Source: Octopus sinensis (lineage: Eukaryota). From it: DNA of 64,000 nt. The notes below the pieces were generated by a model. The model was not told the DNA's origin, did not search any database, and saw only the letters and a list, made by a program, of their open reading frames with translations. This document shows positions 13,622-25,539 of this stretch, one piece after another (the first letter of the stretch is position 1; each line of letters opens with the position of its first letter). The DNA lies in NCBI RefSeq assembly GCF_006345805.1, contig NC_043004.1:72292001-72356000 (forward strand), read 5' to 3'. The translations under genes were made by a program, and so were the position numbers.

Positions 13622-13951
13622 GAGTGGAAACGTCAATTCAATATCATTTAGTCCTCAGATTGCTGCAAGCTTACACACTACTATTTTTCGTGACTCAGAT
13701 AAGATGCAACTCAGAGTATAAAGAAAGTCATTTCAAAAGACTTACTAAATCAAAATGCTTACTTGACAAATATAAAATAACTGAGACGACGGCATCTCCT
13801 ACCCAGTGTGCAATTCAGTGTATATCACACGCTGAGTGTGGATATTTCAGCTATTGTAATGGAGCATGTCACATGTATCCAGCGATTTACAACGAAAATC
13901 TTGAAGATTATGATTGCGATTGTTCATCGTATATTCTATTCAATGAAGACG
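13622..13951 (+). CDS. Host gene exon A: hydrophobic signal/anchor + PAN/apple domain
   Basis: Acceptor TATTTTTCAG| and donor G|GTACGT, phase 1-1, open. Encodes HLVLRLLQAYTLLFFVTQIRC then KCLL..TQCAIQCISHAECGYFSYCNGACHMY, a PAN-like Cys spacing. Confidence 0.8.
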
Positions 13952-14087
13952 GTACGTAAAATATATTTTCTTTGACCTATGTAATGTTTGTTATATTTCT
14001 ATACTTATCTAACGTTATACATATACATATATACATACAGTATACGTATAAATATATGAGTATGTATGGATGTATAACTAACTAACT

Positions 14088-14235
<148 letters not shown>

Positions 14236-14382
14236 CACTCTCGTTCTCTCTATCTCTAACTTCATGTCTGTCCTCTTCTCTCCCGCTTTGCCACTCACTT
14301 CTTCCCTTGATGTAAGTCTGGCACACACCAAAGGTACTGATGCACAAAACAAGTTGGCGTATTAATTTTATTGATGATGATG

Positions 14383-14443
<61 letters not shown>

Positions 14444-14451
14444 TAATCCTT

Positions 14452-15052
14452 GGATGGAATTTATGAGCATTTAATGCATCGCTACGCGCGTTTCGAAATA
14501 TCATGTTTCTCATAAGATCACAGTCTGTATACCTGGGATGATTACAGCGTAGTCCGTAGTATCCATGGGCATCGGGTTGATCATCTTCAGGGATTCATTT
14601 CTTTAGGCAATGTGACATTAATGAACGTACAAGAGAGGGATGCTCATCCCTTTTTGACCAGTATGAAGCTTGAGTGAGATCAAACAAAAGAATGTACAAC
14701 CCATCCTTGACATCCGCTGAATGAAACGCAAAAACAAGTCCAACACCACCACACACATCTCCATTCCCATATAACTACCATTCCTTCCTGTCTTTCTACT
14801 TCCCTACCAAATGCACACAGAAATGCCCACTCAGTCTTCATGCTGGTCAAAAGAGATAAACACCCCTTTGTTGAAGATCCATTAATGTTATATCACCGAA
14901 GAAATGACTCCATGAATAGGATCAACCCGATGCTCACGGTTACTCCAGACTACACTGTAATCATCCCAGGAATACGGACTGGGATCTTAATAGACATGTG
15001 ATTTGTGGAAACGCGCGTAGCGATGCATTAAATGTTTGTAAATTCCATCCAT
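14452..15052. mobile_element. Foldback/MITE-like element with ~225-bp diverged inverted arms
   Basis: 14452-14680 is the reverse complement of ~14828-15052 (e.g. CATTTAATGCATCGCTACGCGCGTTTC / GAAACGCGCGTAGCGATGCATTAAATG), with a ~150-bp spacer. Confidence 0.8.
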
Positions 15053-16659
15053 TGATTTTTGTTATTTTTATTATATTTATCCTATATTATATCAGTACAT
15101 TTTGGTGCAACCTCAAAAGACTGGTTCACCTGTCAACATTATTAGACGGTCACGCATAATGGCGTGTGTGTATGTGTGATGTGTGTGTGTGTATGTGTGC
15201 ACGCGTGTGCATGTGTGTGTGATATATGTATGTGTGAGTGGTATGTTTATGTGTATGTGCATGTGCGTGTGTGTGATATGTGTTTGTGTGTGGTGTGGTA
15301 TATGTATGTGCGCGTGTGGTGTGTGTTTATGTGTGTGTGTTCGTGTTTGTGTATTTATATATGTGTGTGAGTGTGCGTGTATGTGTGTTTTATCCTTTAA
15401 CAAGAATAGAGTTGAGAGTGACATCGAAATTCTGATTACTGACGCCATCACTGTCTGATGATTTCTTAGCCAGCCGAAACTTCTACGTCACCGTCATTAG
15501 TGTACTTGCTAAAGAAAAATAAGTATTTATTATGCTAAATGTATTCATTTGCTGACAACGTTTCGTGTTGAAACCTTTTCGGTAGTAGGGTTCGCTCTTA
15601 TTATCATTACAATTTATATTTGATTGTATTTTTTTTCACTTAATATTCATCATTTATTCATCATTGCTCTTTTAGATATTAAATGTACGTTATTTCATCT
15701 TAAAGCTGTCTGCTTTAAATTTTACATTTTCAAATGTAACATGATTTGCATACTTTCTACTAAGAATTAATATTTCATCGCTTGAACAGCTGTAAATATA
15801 AATGTTTTTCAACTCAGATTACATTGCTATGAAATATTCACATATTTAATAGCAATGCTTCGCATCACTTTCATTTTGTATGTAACAATATTTGATTATA
15901 TAACTGCATGTTATATATAACCAAACAATTAACTTCTTTCAGTTTACTTCAAATGGGAGACAATGTAAATTAGCAGGATATATCTTTTCCCCACACAAAG
16001 ATATAGTTACGATCATATAGTGCTTAGTAACGAATACTACCTCTATTAAAAATACATCGGTGTATGTATGCAAGCACGTGTGTGTGTGTGTTTATGTGCT
16101 ACTATTAATTTCATGCGATGAAAGCATGCCAGATAGTATTTTTAATACATCTGGTGTCTCCGCGCAATCTTCAGGCACTGCCCATTTTGGTATAACAAGC
16201 TGTAAATAGGACAAGATGAGAGAAAAAACGAGAAAAGTGAGAAAGAAGTAGATATAAAGGTGGAAAGGTGAAAAGCATAAAAACGTAAAGGAAAGCAGAA
16301 AGAAGCAACCGGGAGGAGAATTAAAATTATCTCCCTTTTGACCGTAAAATATAAGACTGGAAAGATAACGGCCTAGAGTCTGCGGTAGTTATTCAATCTG
16401 GATAGGGTAGCACTTTCCAATTTGTCAACAGGAACTTAGCCACATACTTAAAATCACTGAAAATTTAGGATCTAGAATTCAGCAGTGTTAGAGTTCTTAG
16501 ATCTGAAAAGAATTTGAGTTCTTTCAGCTCTGCATAGCGTATATTTGTTTTATCCGTTAACACATGGTATGGATTTTTCAACTATTTTCCACTTTATCTT
16601 GAAGCAGAGCAGTTATAAAAATCGATTCAAATGTTGGCACAAGGCCAGCAATTTCAGAG

Positions 16660-16833
16660 AAGGGGATAAATCGATTATATCGACTTCAGTGTTCACAGGT
16701 ACTTATTTTATTGACCCTGAATGGATGAAAGGCTATGTTGACCTCGGCAGAATTTGAATTCAGAACGTAAAGATGATTGAAATGCCGCTAAGCATTTTAC
16801 CCGGTGTGCTAACAATTCTGCCAGCTCGCCGCC
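16660..16833 (-). mobile_element. tRNA-derived SINE (GGCGGCGAGCTGGCAG-head family)
   Basis: Reverse complement of the family seen intact at 49385-49619, including the CCTTTCATCC..GGGTC.ATAAAATAAGTAC core. Confidence 0.8.
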
Positions 16834-17513
16834 TTAAGGGCAGTAATAATAATATCGTATGTCCTTACTATAGCCGTCTCTGTGTCTATGATTTACTAAT
16901 TGAACATCCTCCTACTTTCAGACTTATTCTTCATGTCTGGCCCTACTCCATATCAGACACTCACTGATTACTTCGTCCATTCATTCCTACCCTGAACTGA
17001 CAGTATTCTGTAAATCTTTCTCTGTACGCATTATTACAATCAACATCAGCCTACTGATATCCAAACTTTACATCGACCGCATCAAATTTCAGCAGCCTAC
17101 GATCTATAGGAAGATCGTGGTAACTGCCGTTTTGCTTTGTTTAACTTTTAAAAGCTTAAAGTTCTCAAAAAATAATACAGTAGGTAGCTAAGTCAGTAAA
17201 TTATTTGTAAGATTTCTGCTTTCAAATCAACTTCTTTTATTCAGGTGAGCTCAGCTTTTAACGAAATGCCCAAAACATAACTGCAAGACCTTTCCTTACA
17301 GGTCTCCCCAATCAAGGTTCACCTGGTACTAAATAATATCAACAATAATAACGTTCTGATGTTTTCCTTGCATATCCAATCCAACATTGATGGAGCAGTT
17401 CAGTTAATTTTCACTGTGCTACATGTTCACTTTAATATCTTGATAACGCTTTTGCCACACTCTGTCTGTGCACTTACATATAACTCATTGATATCCATTT
17501 CTGGTTGTTTCAG

Positions 17514-17605
17514 GCAAGAAGTTGCAGAAAGTATATCACATGACCGGACAATCATTTGAAAGAAGTCCTATTTATTTATACTGGGGGAATTTGTCTATTA
17601 AAAAG
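17514..17605 (+). CDS. Host gene exon B
   Basis: Acceptor GGTTGTTTCAG| and donor AAG|GTAATG, phase 1 to 0, open: (G)KKLQKVYHMTGQSFERSPIYLYWGNLSIKK. The phase matches exon A. Confidence 0.7.
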
Positions 17606-18495
17606 GTAATGCAATTTGGAAATTTCAAAATGATTTACATATAAATAACAATTTCTCAGTTCCCTATCTCTTGGGATATATGATTTTTACATTCCCCTGT
17701 GGATATAGCAAAGGTGTTGTAATTAATGCTGTTGGTTTTATTTATGTTCTGTCTACTGTTTAACCCTTAGATTCAAACAGGATCCAGTTTTGATTCTGTG
17801 TTTTATTTTCGTACATAGTATATCTATAACAAGATTATCCAGTGTTCAATTATTAGGCGGTTGGGTATAATCTGAGAAAGGTTTGCCTTCTATTTCTAGC
17901 AGATTAAGTGAGAAAATTGACGTTCATTCTGTTGTATGTGAGGTTAAAATGGAGTGCGGCATATAGTAATATCAGCTATGATGGAAGTGTTATCATGTAC
18001 GTGTTTTGTCGTGGTATAAAAGTTGAGTTACAGCAAATATTCCGGTCAGTACCACAGATATACTTGTCAGATGCTTGACTATAACCAGTTGAGCATGCCC
18101 CTTTGTGGCTAACGATATGTGCATCTCTGATCACGAGCAGAAGTAGTGGGGAAGCATCATAGCCATGTATTGAGAGGAATTCTTTCGGGTTTGAATAATT
18201 CACCTCTGGAAACAAGGGTGTTTTATTCAACGTCCTTAACATAAACCTTATTCAGAGACCTTATTGAGATGGAATTAATACTTGCTGATTTTGTCTTTGG
18301 TTTTGTTTCTGTTCTGAATTTGTCATGATTTTGTACTCTTCAAAGATGCAACAGAACTTTTGCAAAAATATCGAAATCCCAATATGTAGTCCAATGCCTT
18401 GTAAATCACGAATATTTTTTCCTAAACCCAAACATTTTCGCTTCCTTTATCGTGCATTTCAATCAAAATTGTGCTCTATCAGATCTTTCTTTATC

Positions 18496-18538
<43 letters not shown>

Positions 18539-18571
18539 TTCTCGACATACACACAAATTATATAAGTATTG

Positions 18572-18618
<47 letters not shown>

Positions 18619-19152
18619 ATAATATATATATATATATTACAAACTGAAACAGCTGTAAATGTTATTGTAACTACAATTAAACGGTGACCTTTTAATACCG
18701 ATGATCAACTTCTAATTGTTAATTGTTGCTCCATTTCTTCTCTCTGAATATATTACACCACAGTTTACCATTTAAATTACCAATTACTATTAACCTAATA
18801 GCAAGGCCTATATATAGTTAGGTGACACACTTATAGTGCCTACGGATATATTGATATATATATATAATTTCAACAATTGAGGGCAAAATTAATTAATTAT
18901 TAATCAATTTCACCAAGTGTTCAGTATGCAAAGGGACCATTCAAGGCGAATTCAAATTATTACATTATATAAAAGGGCTTAGTAAAATAAATTACTTTGC
19001 CGCATACTGAACTCATTAGAAATAGCAGCTAAAAAACTTTTTTAAAGCTATTTCTAATACTTAAAGAAAATCTCTCTCATATATAGTGTTTGCTTAATTC
19101 AACTCACAAAAGTTTGGGGGTAAGGACATCGAAAAATCAAATGCTAAGGTTA

Positions 19153-19209
19153 TTCGAGAACGTACGTTTCAAGATTAGTCAAAACAACATTTCTATCATC
19201 GGCTCAGAA
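19153..19209 (-). ncRNA. Hammerhead-like motif of the array unit (representative; 8 complete copies on minus strand)
   Basis: Minus strand reads UUCUGAG-CCGAUGA-UAGAAAUGUUGUUUUGACUAAUCUU-GAAA-CGUACGU-U-CUCGAA. Helix I is 6 bp with a bulge, helix III is the palindrome ACGUACGU, and the core has U4C. Confidence 0.6.
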
Positions 19210-22200
19210 ATTCCTTGGTTTGGATTTGGAAACACTGAAAATAAGAACATACCCTTTCGAAGATCTGCTTCCAACTAACAGTGCCAACAAATTCAAATAA
19301 GCAAGCGAAGAATCTCTGTTCTCCCCTTTCCACCAGCGTGGGTTAAAATCATCAAACACTATGCTTATTTCGGTAAAATCCGAAGCATTAATCAGAGGGA
19401 GATTAATTATAATTTCAACAATTGAGGGCAAAATTAATTAATTATTAATCAATTTCACCAAGTGTTCAGTATGCAAAGGGACCATTCAAGGCGAATTCAA
19501 ATTATTACATTATATAAAAGGGCTTAGTAAAATAAATTACTTTGCCGCATACTGAACTCATTAGAAATAGCAGCTAAAAAACTTTTTTAAAGCTATTTCT
19601 AATACTTAAAGAAAATCTCTCTCATATATAGTGTTTGCTTAATTCAACTCACAAAAGTTTGGGGGTAAGGACATCGAAAAATCAAATGCTAAGGTTATTC
19701 GAGAACGTACGTTTCAAGATTAGTCAAAACATTTCTATCATCGGCTCAGAAATTCCTTGGTTTGGATTTGGAAACACTGAAAATAAGAACATACCCTTTC
19801 GAAGATCTGCTTCCAACTAACAGTGCCAACAAATTCAAATAAGCAAGCGAAGAATCTCTGTTCTCCCCTTTCCACCAGCGTGGGTTAAAATCATCAAACA
19901 CTATGCTTATTTCGGTAAAATCCGAAGCATTAATCAGAGGGAGATTAATTATAATTTCAACAATTGAGGGCAAAATTAATTAATTATTAATCAATTTCAC
20001 CAAGTGTTCAGTATGCAAAGGGACCATTCAAGGCGAATTCAAATTATTACATTATATAAAGGGCTTAGTAAAATAAATTACTTTGCCGCATACTGAACTC
20101 ATTAGAAATAGCAGCTAAAAAACTTTTTTAAAGCTATTTCTAATACTTAAAGAAAATCTCTCTCATATATAGTGTTTGCTTAATTCAACTCACAAAAGTT
20201 TGGGGGTAAGGACATCGAAAAATCAAATGCTAAGGTTATTCGAGAACGTACGTTTCAAGATTAGTCAAAACAACATTTCTATCATCGGCTCAGAAATTCC
20301 TTGGTTTGGATTTGGAAACACTGAAAATAAGAACATACCCTTTCGAAGATCTGCTTCCAACTAACAGTGCCAACAAATTCAAATAAGCAAGCGAAGAATC
20401 TCTGTTCTCCCCTTTCCACCAGCGTGGGTTAAAATCATCAAACACTATGCTTATTTCGGTAAAATCCGAAGCATTAATCAGAGGGAGATTAATTATAATT
20501 TCAACAATTGAGGGCAAAATTAATTAATTATTAATCAATTTCACCAAGTGTTCAGTATGCAAAGGGACCATTCAAGGCGAATTCAAATTATTACATTATA
20601 TAAAAGGGCTTAGTAAAATAAATTACTTTGCCGCATACTGAACTCATTAGAAATAGCAGCTAAAAAACTTTTTTAAAGCTATTTCTAATACTTAAAGAAA
20701 ATCTCTCTCATATATAGTGTTTGCTTAATTCAACTCACAAAAGTTTGGGGGTAAGGACATCGAAAAATCAAATGCTAAGGTTATTCGAGAACGTACGTTT
20801 CAAGATTAGTCAAAACATTTCTATCATCGGCTCAGAAATTCCTTGGTTTGGATTTGGAAACACTGAAAATAAGAACATACCCTTTCGAAGATCTGCTTCC
20901 AACTAACAGTGCCAACAAATTCAAATAAGCAAGCGAAGAATCTCTGTTCTCCCCTTTCCACCAGCGTGGGTTAAAATCATCAAACACTATGCTTATTTCG
21001 GTAAAATCCGAAGCATTAATCAGAGGGAGATTAATTATAATTTCAACAATTGAGGGCAAAATTAATTAATTATTAATCAATTTCACCAAGTGTTCAGTAT
21101 GCAAAGGGACCATTCAAGGCGAATTCAAATTATTACATTATATAAAAGGGCTTAGTAAAATAAATTACTTTGCCGCATACTGAACTCATTAGAAATAGCA
21201 GCTAAAAAACTTTTTTAAAGCTATTTCTAATACTTAAAGAAAATCTCTCTCATATATAGTGTTTGCTTAATTCAACTCACAAAAGTTTGGGGGTAAGGAC
21301 ATCGAAAAATCAAATGCTAAGGTTATTCGAGAACGTACGTTTCAAGATTAGTCAAAACAACATTTCTATCATCGGCTCAGAAATTCCTTGGTTTGGATTT
21401 GGAAACACTGAAAATAAGAACATACCCTTTCGAAGATCTGCTTCCAACTAACAGTGCCAACAAATTCAAATAAGCAAGCGAAGAATCTCTGTTCTCCCCT
21501 TTCCACCAGCGTGGGTTAAAATCATCAAACACTATGCTTATTTCGGTAAAATCCGAAGCATTAATCAGAGGGAGATTAATTATAATTTCAACAATTGAGG
21601 GCAAAATTAATTAATTATTAATCAATTTCACCAAGTGTTCAGTATGCAAAGGGACCATTCAAGGCGAATTCAAATTATTACATTATATAAAAGGGCTTAG
21701 TAAAATAAATTACTTTGCCGCATACTGAACTCATTAGAAATAGCAGCTAAAAAACTTTTTTAAAGCTATTTCTAATACTTAAAGAAAATCTCTCTCATAT
21801 ATAGTGTTTGCTTAATTCAACTCACAAAAGTTTGGGGGTAAGGACATCGAAAAATCAAATGCTAAGGTTATTCGAGAACGTACGTTTCAAGATTAGTCAA
21901 AACATTTCTATCATCGGCTCAGAAATTCCTTGGTTTGGATTTGGAAACACTGAAAATAAGAACATACCCTTTCGAAGATCTGCTTCCAACTAACAGTGCC
22001 AACAAATTCAAATAAGCAAGCGAAGAATCTCTGTTCTCCCCTTTCCACCAGCGTGGGTTAAAATCATCAAACACTATGCTTATTTCGGTAAAATCCGAAG
22101 CATTAATCAGAGGGAGATTAATTATAATTTCAACAATTGAGGGCAAAATTAATTAATTATTAATCAATTTCACCAAGTGTTCAGTATGCAAAGGGACCAT

Positions 22201-23673
22201 TCAAGGCGAATTCAAATTATTACATTATATAAAAGGGCTTAGTAAAATAAATTACTTTGCCGCATACTGAACTCATTAGAAATAGCAGCTAAAAAACTTT
22301 TTTAAAGCTATTTCTAATACTTAAAGAAAATCTCTCTCATATATAGTGTTTGCTTAATTCAACTCACAAAAGTTTGGGGGTAAGGACATCGAAAAATCAA
22401 ATGCTAAGGTTATTCGAGAACGTACGTTTCAAGATTAGTCAAAACAACATTTCTATCATCGGCTCAGAAATTCCTTGGTTTGGATTTGGAAACACTGAAA
22501 ATAAGAACATACCCTTTCGAAGATCTGCTTCCAACTAACAGTGCCAACAAATTCAAATAAGCAAGCGAAGAATCTCTGTTCTCCCCTTTCCACCAGCGTG
22601 GGTTAAAATCATCAAACACTATGCTTATTTCGGTAAAATCCGAAGCATTAATCAGAGGGAGATTAATTATAATTTCAACAATTGAGGGCAAAATTAATTA
22701 ATTATTAATCAATTTCACCAAGTGTTCAGTATGCAAAGGGACCATTCAAGGCGAATTCAAATTATTACATTATATAAAAGGGCTTAGTAAAATAAATTAC
22801 TTTGCCGCATACTGAACTCATTAGAAATAGCAGCTAAAAAACTTTTTTAAAGCTATTTCTAATACTTAAAGAAAATCTCTCTCATATATAGTGTTTGCTT
22901 AATTCAACTCACAAAAGTTTGGGGGTAAGGACATCGAAAAATCAAATGCTAAGGTTATTCGAGAACGTACGTTTCAAGATTACTCAAAACAACATTTCTA
23001 TCATCGGCTCAGAAATTCCTTGGTTTGGATTTGGAAACACTGAAAATAAGAACATACCCTTTCGAAGATCTGCTTCCAACTAACAGTGCCAACAAATTCA
23101 AATAAGCAAGCGAAGAATCTCTGTTCTCCCCTTTCCACCAGCGTGGGTTAAAATCATCAAACACTATGCTTATTTCGGTAAAATCCGAAGCATTAATCAG
23201 AGGGAGATTAATTATAATTTCAACAATTGAGGGCAAAATTAATTAATTATTAATCAATTTCACCAAGTGTTCAGTATGCAAAGGGACCATTCAAGGCGAA
23301 TTCAAATTATTACATTATATAAAAGGGCTTAGTAAAATAAATTACTTTGCCGCATACTGAACTCATTAGAAATAGCAGCTAAAAAACTTTTTTAAAGCTA
23401 TTTCTAATACTTAAAGAAAATCTCTCTCATATATAGTGTTTGCTTAATTCAACTCACAAAAGTTTGGGGGTAAGGACATCGAAAAATCAAATGCTAAGGT
23501 TATTCGAGAACGTACGTTTCAAGATTAGTCAAAACAACATTTGGAAAGGGTGGAAAGGGGAGAACAGAGATTCTTCGCTTGCTTATTTGAATTTGTTGGC
23601 ACTGTTAGTTGGAAGCAGATCTTCGAAAGGGTATGTTCTTATTTTCAGTGTTTCCAAATCCAAACCAAGGAAT

Positions 23674-23730
23674 TTCTGAGCCGATGATAGAAATGTTGTT
23701 TTGACTAATCTTGAAACGTACGTTCTCGAA
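23674..23730 (+). ncRNA. Hammerhead-like motif, inverted array copy 1 (sense to host pre-mRNA)
   Basis: TTCTGAG CCGATGA ... GAAA CGTACGT T CTCGAA read directly on the plus strand. Confidence 0.6.
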
Positions 23731-24218
23731 TAACCTTAGCATTTGATTTTTCGATGTCCTTACCCCCAAACTTTTGTGAGTTGAATTAAGCAAACACTAT
23801 ATATGAGAGAGATTTTCTTTAAGTATTAGAAATAGCTTTAAAAAAGTTTTTTAGCTGCTATTTCTAATGAGTTCAGTATGCGGCAAAGTAATTTATTTTA
23901 CTAAGCCCTTTTATATAATGTAATAATTTGAATTCGCCTTGAATGGTCCCTTTGCATACTGAACACTTGGTGAAATTGATTAATAATTAATTAATTTTGC
24001 CCTCAATTGTTGAAATTATAATTAATCTCCCTCTGATTAATGCTTCGGATTTTACCGAAATAAGCATAGTGTTTGATGATTTTAACCCACGCTGGTGGAA
24101 AGGGGAGAACAGAGATTCTTCGCTTGCTTATTTGAATTTGTTGGCACTGTTAGTTGGAAGCAGATCTTCGAAAGGGTATGTTCTTATTTTCAGTGTTTCC
24201 AAATCCAAACCAAGGAAT

Positions 24219-24275
24219 TTCTGAGCCGATGATAGAAATGCTGTTTTGACTAATCTTGAAACGTACGTTCTCGAA
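24219..24275 (+). ncRNA. Hammerhead-like motif, inverted array copy 2 (sense to host pre-mRNA)
   Basis: Same motif with one T>C change in helix II. Confidence 0.58.
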
Positions 24276-24817
24276 TAACCTTAGCATTTGATTTTTCGAT
24301 GTCCTTACCCCCAAACTTTTGTGAGTTGAATTAAGCAAACACTATATATGAGAGAGATTTTCTTTAAGTATTAGAAATAGCTTTAAAAAAGTTTTTTAGC
24401 TGCTATTTCTAATGAGTTCAGTATGCGGCAAAGTAATTTATTTTACTAAGCCCTTTTATATAATGATATATATATATATATATATACGAACACAAACACA
24501 CATATTTTACCCTTTCATTTTCGCTTCTCTTTTTCTCTCTGTCTCTTTCTCTCTCTCACTACTCACACGCACACACACACACACACACTCTCTCTCTCTC
24601 TCTCTCTCTTTTCCTAACTTCTCTATTCATTTTTCTCTTTTGTTCTAAGATTTTCTTACTCTCTGTCTCACTCTTCCTCACTTTTCTCTTTCCCTCTCTT
24701 CCTCACCCGCCTTCTTTCTCCTTATATCTCATCCTTATCTTCTTTCTCTTTCTGCTACTCACTCCTCTCTCACTCTCTTACATTCTTTATAAATCCTTGT
24801 CAACTTTTCATTTGCAG

Positions 24818-24957
24818 GTGGAATTTACGATGGACGGAAGTTTCATATACACATTCAACGGAACAGGGACAAATGCTACATCGTTCTACCGGAATGAGAA
24901 GTTCATTTCTATGAAGCCAAATAAAAACACTAAAAAGAAGTTTACATCCAACAATGA
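24818..24957 (+). CDS. Host gene exon C
   Basis: Acceptor TTTTCATTTGCAG| and donor GA|GTATAT, phase 0 to 2, open: VEFTMDGSFIYTFNGTGTNATSFYRNEKFISMKPNKNTKKKFTSNN, with two N-glycosylation sequons. The donor is weak but fits the phase of exon D. Confidence 0.7.
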
Positions 24958-25226
24958 GTATATATTATCTCCTAATTTGTGTTAACCGCTTTAATGTTTT
25001 CGTGATAATAATAATGATTTCTCGCAGTCAAAGGATAATCTCTTATTTTGAGGGAAGAGTGACAGCAATTGTATTGATTTCACTAATTAACTGGTATCAA
25101 TTTAACGACCCTGGAATAATGAGAGGCAAGTGTTGGCTTGCTAGGATTTGAACTCAATACGTTAAGGAAAGAAACTATCACCAGTTGCATTATTTGGTAC
25201 CTTGCTGTTTCTTACATTCATTGTTT

Positions 25227-25297
<71 letters not shown>

Positions 25298-25539
25298 ACC
25301 ACAACAAAATACAAATACTAATGTTGTAACAGAACTAGAATTTGTGACAGAACGCAAATGTTAGAAGAAATGCTTTTACACAGAGAGTTCCACTGAGAAA
25401 CCAAGTTTGCGAAAATCATGACTCATCGCAGAATGGAGATTTATAAATAGGAAATAAAAGTCCGTTGATGGTTGCTCAAGTTAAAGCACTGAGCAATAAT
25501 TTAGTGAATATAGATATGTATTCAATATTTTCAACGGGT

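Larger units (their letters stand above)
18863..24465. repeat. Tandem array of a ~545-bp unit (8.6 copies) followed by ~1.7 inverted copies; retrozyme-like
   Basis: Unit starts recur at 545/541/545/542/545/542/545/545-bp spacing and the copies are nearly identical. Orientation switches at ~23542-23550. Both ends are embedded in (TA)n. Confidence 0.97.

Noticed and set aside
15451-15495. CTGATGA..GAAAC..GTC hammerhead-like spacing on the plus strand
   Set aside because: Helix II cannot be paired and helix I has a mismatch, so it could be chance or a heavily decayed copy.
19090-24338. Repeated 61/62-aa and 75-aa ORFs in the array as a multicopy peptide gene
   Set aside because: They are short, several start at TTG, they have no domain motif, and they recur only because the DNA repeats.
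18863-24465. CRISPR-like or rDNA/snRNA gene array
   Set aside because: There are no unique spacers, the context is eukaryotic, and no 5S, tRNA or snRNA structure or promoter was recognised in the unit.
24818-24900. Alternative frame of exon C giving DKCYIVLPE*EVHFYEAK*, resembling a C-type lectin start
   Set aside because: It contains stops, whereas the phase-0 frame is open and fits both flanking exons.
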